Origin: the human T2T-CHM13v2.0 reference genome, Homo sapiens
Assembly: GCF_009914755.1 (NCBI RefSeq)
Contig: NC_060947.1
Strand: one strand, 5' to 3'
Length of the DNA: 64,000 bases
This document shows, in pieces, positions 56,258 through 64,000 of this stretch. The position numbers and the translations under genes are program-made. How positions within the stretch are numbered: the stretch's first letter is position 1; every line of letters begins with the position of its first letter. The notes under the pieces were generated by a model. The model did no database searches, was not told the DNA's origin, and saw nothing but the letters and a program-made list of their open reading frames with translations.

Positions 56258-57790
56258 CTATAGAGAAAAGTGGGAGGAAGGAAAGCAAAAAAGAAAGGAG
56301 GAAGGGAGGGAGGAAGAAAGGAGGGAGGGAGGATGGAAGGAAGGAAAGATTAATTACACTTATTGAACATTTATCGAGCATCTATTTTGTTTAGTTAGTG
56401 GGTAGATGATGGAGACTCCCATTCGACCATCACGTCTCCTCCATGATACTGTTTGTAGTCTCAGCTTGCTTACAGTGTTGCTGTTTTTTCATATTCATGC
56501 CTGAGCTTTCTTTGTTTTACTGGTTACTCTTTTTTCTCTCACCCAGTACATGTGGTTGTGAGTAGAAGCTTGTGGCTGTGGATTGGGGTATCAGCATGGG
56601 AAACTCTCTGCTCTTCTACCTCCATTCTATTAGTTCATTTACTTATGTGGCTTTTGTCTATAATTGAGCCTCTAGGACTGTGCCACTCTTTCACTCTAAT
56701 GTCTCACTCCACACCTGGAACATTTGGGAAGTCTCTTTCCTTTCACCAGCCAAATGTTGTATAGCTGAGATGCCCAGTCTCAGCCTGTGTCAAAGCTCAT
56801 AGGTTCAATCTCTACCCCTACCAGGGAGGTATTTTCCTATCTCATAGCCACAAGCTACACCTCTAAATCTAACATATGTGTTGATGGAGCAGACTGAGGG
56901 TTGGTTGCGACAGTTATGGCTACATCCGTTTAATCTGATCCACACTGCTTGGAAACTAATTATAGAAATAGAGGCAAATTGATTGTTTAATCCTTCCACT
57001 GTGCAGAAGGGAGATTTTCTTTCTTTCTAGGAAACTTGGCTGAGGTTGTACGTGAAGGTACCAAGGCAGGGCAAGGCACCATGGCTAAAAGTCAAGGGCC
57101 AGCCAAAGGGACTTCCTTGCTGCATGGGACTTCTGCTCAGTTCCAATAGTTCAGTTAGAATACACTCATTCTTATACCACCTTCTGATCTGTTTCTCAAA
57201 GTATTGTGGGAAAGAAGTGGTCAGCAAAACATTCAATGAAGAAACTGAGGGAGTTGAAGAGTTTTCATTCTGAGTTGGGAAGTTTGCAGACTGTCGTGAG
57301 TTCTGAGCAATGGTAATTAATGCTAGAACTGTCAGGACCACTCTCAGGGCCCTTGTGCCTGATTAATCATGTGCAACACATGCAGAGTTGAACACCATTT
57401 TCTTTCTAAAATAGTCATAGGCTCAGTGGTTGGAAAGAAACAGGAGAAGGAGGAAAAAAGTCTTATGGCTGGTGGTGGAAGCTGATAGAGCTTTGAACCA
57501 GGTCACTTAGCATCTATTAATATAATTGTATAGGATGAGTGTTGGTTTCCAAAAATGAGTAGCAGGAGTTGACTGTCTGGGAGGTAGGAGGAGCCAAAGG
57601 GGCAGCTTAGCAGGACTGAGGCTTTTCAAATCAGTAGTCTGAATACTGACTTTGTATACAATATGAATGCAGAATCTAGACTTTTTGTAGCAGAGTCAGA
57701 GAGCAAACCCGGAGTCAGTGAGGCCAGTAAACCATCCTCTGGAACTTTTTCTTTCCCCTACCTCAGTCACTACAACCCTGGCCACCTTAC

Positions 57791-58019
57791 CTTGTTCAAC
57801 TTGAAATATGATGAGTTTCAAGGATTTCTGGAGACTCTGGGCCTTTGTAGCCAGCTCCAACTTGCACTTGGCTATGTGGTCTATTTGAGGAATGAAGGGC
57901 TTCCTATCTGCCTTGCTGCTGTCTGCATATTCTGTAGCACTTTTTTCAGCAGAAGTAGCTGCTGCCTCCTCAGCCAGGACATCGATCAGGACACTGAGCC
58001 TATCATACATTAAGTCACT
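57791..58019 (-). CDS. DGKK: DGK kappa exon (SDLMYDRLSVLID...LKLIIFQVEQ)
   Basis: tag|AGT...G|gtaagg, 229 nt. Confidence 0.94.
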
Positions 58020-58986
58020 CTATATAGAAAGGAAGGAGACAGGGCATTGTTATGAGGGACCCATGCTTGAGAGGACAGAATGAGGAGTGGTGGTGATATG
58101 GGGAAGGGTAGGGAGGGGTAAGAGTTGTCCATAAATGCTGAGCATAGAAAACCACATGTGAGAAGATGAAGTACTTAGCAAAAGAAGTAGGTGGGAAGAT
58201 GTGATGAGATAACCAAAGGGTGTTAGGAGATCAAACACATATCATTTGTTTCTGAGTGGCCCCATGCATCAGTGTATATAGCTGAGTCTTTCTTGTGTCA
58301 AACGGGCCTATAAAACAATGTATAACATGCAAACTTGAGGAAAGACAAATATTTCTGGATTTTCATGGGCACGCTCCTCTGGATATGAACGTGTCCCTGC
58401 TTGGGTGCTTGGTGTGTGTCTTTGTATGTGTACAGGCTTGGGGACCTACATCTGCTGCATGATTTAAGGCCTTGATTCTTAGCTCCATCACTTAATAGTT
58501 TGCGATCTGAGGCAAGTTTCTTAACCGCTTTGTGCCTCCATATTCTAGGGTAGTTGTGAGGAATAAATACATTAATACATTAAAAACAGAACAGTCCTTG
58601 ACACAGAGTAAGTGCTATATAAATGTTGGCTATTGTTGTTAGAGAGGTAAATGTGAATGTATTTGTAGTGTGTATTCGTATGTACATACTTGTAAGCATG
58701 TTCTGGTGTACAACCATGCACATACCTGCTTGATGTACACTTGTGTCTAGTTGTGGGCAGATGCTTGGCATGTACATGGTATGTGTGTATGCATGCAGAG
58801 CGCCATCCTTCATTTAGCAAAAGATGGAAGTTCAATGAGGTTAGACCTTCCTCATCAGGGAGGCTTAACAGCTGCCCCTCCTTTCCTTTCTTTTACCATT
58901 CCCAGTGAGAGGCATGTTTGCTTTTTATTAAAAAGGGCCCCTGGCTGCTCCACAAAGAGTATAAGACAAAAGGAATGGGAACTTAC

Positions 58987-59086
58987 TTTCAAAATCACAG
59001 ACACTATTGCAGTGTTGTTCTGTTTTATCTGACCCCAGGCCTTTACAATATCAACCACAAAATCTTCCACAGCTGAACACAAGAAT
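58987..59086 (-). CDS. DGKK: DGK kappa exon (FLCSAVEDFVVDIVKAWG...VILK)
   Basis: cag|A TTC...AAA|gtaagt, 100 nt. Confidence 0.94.
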
Positions 59087-59959
59087 CTGGAAAGATAAAA
59101 TAGATGGCACAATGTTACATGAACCATGAGGCCCAGAGCCCTTCTCTCTTATGTCATCAGTCCCCATCCTCCTCCTCTCTCTCTTTCCTGATCTGTCCTC
59201 TTTCTCTCACCCTCTGCTCCCAGCCTTTTTCTCTCTGCTTTTTTTTTCCTGTGCATATGGTGAAATATGTTCCATCCCCACTTTAGTTCAGTGTCACACC
59301 ACTTCCCAAGTCAAGAACCTAATAGAGCTTGACCAGCATTTCTTAGTACTAATTCTGAATTTCCAGAAAAGAGAATTCACTTGGTCCAACTTGGGTCAGG
59401 TTTTCACCTAGGTTCAATCAGCTATGTTTCAAGGGCCCAGCTAATTTAGTACAAACAATTATATTGGGAGGACTCTCCCTGTGGGAAGTTTTTCTCAAAG
59501 GAGAGTGTAGTCGACTGGGCAGGAGCCCCCTAAGAAGTCCCAGAAGAAACAAATGACCCACATATTTAGAAGGGGGAATGTGTTCCTCAGGTTATGAGAA
59601 AGCAGCTATAGGCAGATATTGCAGAGACCTTTCTTAATGTCAAAGACGGAAAGCAAGGTGTCTATACTATAGGGAGCTATGCTATGCTCCTAAATGGTCT
59701 ATAATGTTGTGTTTCCCTACTATAATTCTCTTCCCAAATCTCTGGCTTGCAATTTTGACTTTTTGGAGCAGCAGACGACTTCACCTCAATGTCATCTTTC
59801 TTTCCTAAACTTTCCATTCAGGGGGTTTGAGTTGGGAGAAATCTGATTTGGGAACATAAACATGTATTTTCCTTGGCCTCAACACCCTCAGCTATCAAAA
59901 TGAGCCCCATGTCTGACCTGGGAACAGCCCCAAAGGATGAGAGCCAAAGGAAGACTGAC

Positions 59960-60051
59960 CTGGTTGCGATGATCATCTCTGTGGGGTACTTGGCCTTCAG
60001 GATTTTGTTCAACTCGGTGGCTGCAGATTCTAAGTGTTGGATGGCAGCAGC
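59960..60051 (-). CDS. DGKK: DGK kappa exon (AAAIQHLESAATELNKILKAKYPTEMIIAT)
   Basis: tag|GCT...AG|gtcagt, 92 nt. Confidence 0.93.
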
Positions 60052-60259
60052 CTAGGGGCAAAAGGAGTTCTTAGCCCTGGAATCTTAGTACAATAACACA
60101 GTGTGCTGCCCATCCTCATCCCCTGCAGCCTCATTGTTTCTTACTGACTCTACCCGCAACTCAACTGCCTCTCTGGAAATGATAATGATCAAAGAATTCT
60201 TGTTGAAGGTCAACAGAGATGATCTTAGATCTATGCGTATTCTAAAAATTTAGATGTAT

Positions 60260-61640
60260 TTCATTTTCTCTTAATAATCAAAACCTCATATGAAGGAGGT
60301 ACTATTTCTTTCATGTTTCAAATGAACAAACAATCTCATATTACATAGCTAGTAAGGAATAAAGCTGGATTCGAATCTACATCTTTCCAATTCCAGAATG
60401 TAACTTCTTTAATAATATTACTACCAATAATAACAGCACCCACTTATATAGTACTGACTATGTGCCAGGCTCTGTTCTAAGCTACATGTATATTTTTTCA
60501 TATAATCCTCATAACAACCCTATGAGATAAAGACTGTTATTATCTCCATTTCACAGAAGAGAAAGCTGAGCCCAGAGAAGGGAAAGATGATAAATTGTAG
60601 AGCCAGGATTCAATTCCAGGTAGTCTGGCTCTTGAGTCTGTGCTCTTAATTACAACTTCTACTCCTTCCTCTCTATCACCCTTGACATTCAAACATCTAC
60701 CAAGACTTGATAATTCTATTTTTTGAGTATGTCTCAAATGTATCCACTGCTACTCATCCCTGCTACCACTTCACCAGTCCAAATCACCATCACCTCTTGC
60801 CTAGACAATTACAACATCTCCTAGCTTTTCTCTTTGCCTCTAGTCTTTTATTCCTTCAATTGTTTCTCCACATACCATGGCACTCCTCTACTTAAACCCC
60901 TTCTCTTAGATAGCAGACTGGATAGATGACTGGATATGTGATAAAGCACGCATAGGAAAATGTTAGTAGTAGAGCTACCATTTTAACTTTCATCAATGTA
61001 GAAATTTTCATAATAAGATAAGAAAAAAATCTTCTGTAATTCTTATTGCTCTTAGGATGAAATCCAAACTTCCTACTGTGGTTTATCAGGCCCTTTCTGG
61101 CCTGGCCCCTGATTACTTCTCTAGCCTCATCTTTAGTCACTCTCCCTGAATGCCCCCTTCCTGGCCCCTACGCCTCAGCCATTATGAATGTACTTCAGTT
61201 TCGTGAATATTCCATGCTCTCCCTTGCCTTTGGAACAATACACGCTGTTCCATCTGTGTGGAACAGCCCTCCCCTTTCTTATTCTCCTGGTTAATTCCCT
61301 CTGGATCTCAAGTATCTTGTGAAATGGCACTCCTTCTGAGCGGCTTTCCCTGATTTCCCCAGACTGAGATAGATCTTCCTGCTATGTGTTCCCAACCCCC
61401 TCTACTTCCTTATATACTAACACTCATACTACTTGATTAAAACAATTTATTTTTCCATCTATTCAAGTAGACTATGTCATTCTTCTTTACCCAGTAGCAT
61501 ATAAGAACATCTCCTAGAATAATATCTCACATAAAGTAGTTACTCCATAAATATTTTGAATGAATAAGTAAATGAGTGAATGAATTATATCCCCAGTGCT
61601 TAACATAGTTCTTGGTAAATAGCTGCTGACTGACATGTCA
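60260..61640. mobile_element. MIR and L2 fragments
   Basis: CTATGTGCCAGGCTCTG...CATTTCACAGAAGAG (MIR); GAATGAATAAGTAAATGAGTGAATGAAT (L2 3' end). Confidence 0.65.
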
Positions 61641-61760
61641 CCAACTCTCAATGATCTCATCCTCATCCATGCACAATGCAAAAGCTTCTCTCTGGGTTTT
61701 GCCAATTATTTCACTGAGTAATAAAGATATTGGTCTGAATTACAGCTGAACAGTAGTTAC

Positions 61761-61842
61761 CTCAAATCGTGGTACATCCATTTCAACCTGTCCTTTTAGC
61801 AGCGGGGTTTGTCTGGGAGTCTCACGAATCATCACACTCCAT
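61761..61842 (-). CDS. DGKK: DGK kappa exon (WSVMIRETPRQTPLLKGQVEMDVPRFE)
   Basis: cag|A TGG...GAG|gtaact, 82 nt; completes the LDRW motif. Confidence 0.93.
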
Positions 61843-62869
61843 CTGAAATGAATTTCAAAGACGGATATTTAAGGGTCTGTTTCATGACTGGTAAAAATTA
61901 GTGCTTCAAAGGTGAAGACAGAAGTAAAAATGTTTATGTGGTGGGGGGAGGTGGGTTGTAGGGGGTGTCCAAGCAATCTCTGGTCACCTGATCTCAAGGT
62001 GACCATAAGAGGGACCTCTGTCTCATGACTTCTGTAGGCCAGTGTGATGGAAGGAATTGCCTTCCCTTTACAGGGTTCTCAGAGAGCAGTGCTTCTTAAC
62101 CAGAGGTAACCATCAAGATCATCTGAGGTGCTTTTGTACAATACACATTCCAGGGCCCTGCCAAGACCTACTGAATCTTTGTGGTGGGGTTCAGGTTGAT
62201 GTTTTTAAAAAGCTCCCCAGGAGATCCTTATGGGCAGCAATAAATCAAATGCTCCTATATACACCAGCATAGAAAGTCTTTTTTTCCTCAGGAGATAGGA
62301 TGGTAGTACTTGCTCTTCTCTAGAGCAGTGACAATGTAAGCAAGTTATTTCTAAACTCTCCCTCCATCCCTTTTTTAGTTTCTTTGAAAATCTGATGAAA
62401 TTATAGACTTTTCCCCAAGAGAGAATATGCTTAAACAGATCATTGGCTCTGCAATTTGAAGAGGGTTCACTGAACCCTTGAACGTTATCCATGGGGCCCC
62501 TGCTCTAGAATCGTCTAGTTTTTTTGGTGTTTTTGTTGTTGTTGTTTTTGTTTTGTTTTGGTTTTTTTGAGACAGGGTCTCATTCTGTTGCCCAGACTGG
62601 AATGCATTGGCATGATCATGGCCCACTGCAGCCTTAACTTCCCAGTAGGATCCTTTAGTTTTGAAGAGGGGCTTCAATGTTTGAAGGATACATGGTAGAC
62701 CCTGGCTTCCCAAGAGACAAGCCCCACCCAACCCACAAATGGCTCTGCACTGAAGCCAGAAAGGAAATGAGGCTCTATCAATCAGAGAGGTTAAAGTATT
62801 CCTGATTGAGATGATGTGAGTGATGTGGGACAGGAAGAGGCACAAGGGCCTGGTCTTTCAGCCACTTAC

Positions 62870-63009
62870 CTGTCTAGGATCCTCACACTAGCCTGCTCCA
62901 CTCTGTTGAGGATGTCCAGAGGTGACTTGCTTTTGTTCCAGAATGCACCCCAGCCCAGAACACGAGCCAGATCATTGCCGGTTCCAAGTGGGATGACTGC
63001 CAACTGACA
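62870..63009 (-). CDS. DGKK: DGK kappa exon ([21 protein letters not shown]...RILDR)
   Basis: PLGTGNDL catalytic motif; 140 nt. Confidence 0.97.
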
Positions 63010-63773
63010 CTGCAAGAACAAAAGGAGACACCCTTTTCAGACAGTCTTTCTACCAAGCTTCACCCATGAAGGAACCCAGAGGGTACTCTTTGGGAAGAAT
63101 TATGGTCTTAAAACCAGTGGATTTACGGGACTTCAGATTCTGGGGAAGGTAATGAGAGGATGTTTGCAATTGGGTGAAATTTTCCCTAAGGAGTTGGACC
63201 CCAGTGTTAACAACACAGAACCTACTAAGTAAAGGGAAAAGTTGCCGGAATATGACAATATTCATGGCCATGCTTAAAGAAGAGAAATATAGCTGTGAAT
63301 TTCTATCTGGGCTGGGCCAAGGAGGTGAAGTACGTCAGGAGACAAAGCTACTGGAGTGAGAAGAGCAAGGCGGCTGCCTAAGGACAGTAAGGAGACATAG
63401 AGGAAACTTTCTGCCACTCTTGAGACTCAAGGAAGAAAATCAGTGGGTTCAGGAGGGGAAGGAAATTGGGGGTTGAGTGCTGTCTAAGACCACTTCTGTT
63501 TTGTTTGCTCTCCTCCCCTTCAATTCTTCACTTTGAAGCCTAGGGAACAGAGCACTGCTCGTTCTTTCTGTCGATGTCACACAGATAGACAACCAGAAAA
63601 CAGTGTAGATGAGTAGGCTTAGATTGGGAATCTACCAGTCAGGCTGAATATGAAACCTGGGGGAAACATATTTTACAGACAGGGAGGGCGAAGACTTGGG
63701 ACTTCTTGGGATGGGCAGCTGCACACCCCTACTCTTTCTAGCAATGGCTAAACTGAGTCATCCAGGGACTTAC

Positions 63774-63882
63774 CTTTTCATGTAATCCAAAGGCATCAAT
63801 CAGAGATAAGACCCAGCTCACGCTGCCATCTCCACCACAAACCAGAATGCGAAAGCGAGCAAAGTTCTTGAACATAGACAGC
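63774..63882 (-). CDS. DGKK: DGK kappa exon ([25 protein letters not shown]...HEK)
   Basis: GGDG ATP-binding motif; cag|G...AAG|gtaagt, 109 nt. Gene continues beyond the window. Confidence 0.97.
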
Positions 63883-64000
63883 CTGGAAGGACAAAGAGGA
63901 AAGGGGGTCATTTCATGAACAGCTGGGTTTTGTAACTTTTCCTACAATGTGTCAGGACACAAGGATTGCTGCTTTGGCACTCTGCTAACAGACCACCTGC

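Overview
Primate genomic DNA, almost certainly human Xp11.22, containing the 3' ends of two convergent genes. CCNB3 (cyclin B3, + strand) contributes its last 5 coding exons (13636-23137). DGKK (diacylglycerol kinase kappa, - strand) contributes 19 coding exons (63882 down to 40373) and a ~3.5 kb 3'UTR. All exon boundaries were read by hand (GT-AG, consistent phases). The first 11.4 kb lies in a large CCNB3 intron and is a nest of retroelements. A near-full-length but defective HERV-E provirus (LTR2-type LTRs, tRNA-Glu PBS, 4-bp TSD; 1430-10150, - strand) sits inside an MST-type MaLR element whose LTR also carries a FLAM and a MER4A LTR. The remainder is ordinary mammalian repeat landscape (Alu, L1, L2, MIR, Tigger3, MADE1, MER63, MLT1). 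I see no convincing wholly new biological system. The best leads are a MADE1 hairpin with mirror-image substitutions in both arms (miR-548-like), a largely retained gag-pol UGA readthrough pseudoknot, a candidate frame-preserving 84-nt cassette exon in DGKK's last intron, CPEs in the CCNB3 3'UTR, and inverted Alu pairs around CCNB3 exons. Repeat subfamily names come from remembered consensus sequences, not a database search, and most repeat boundaries are approximate.
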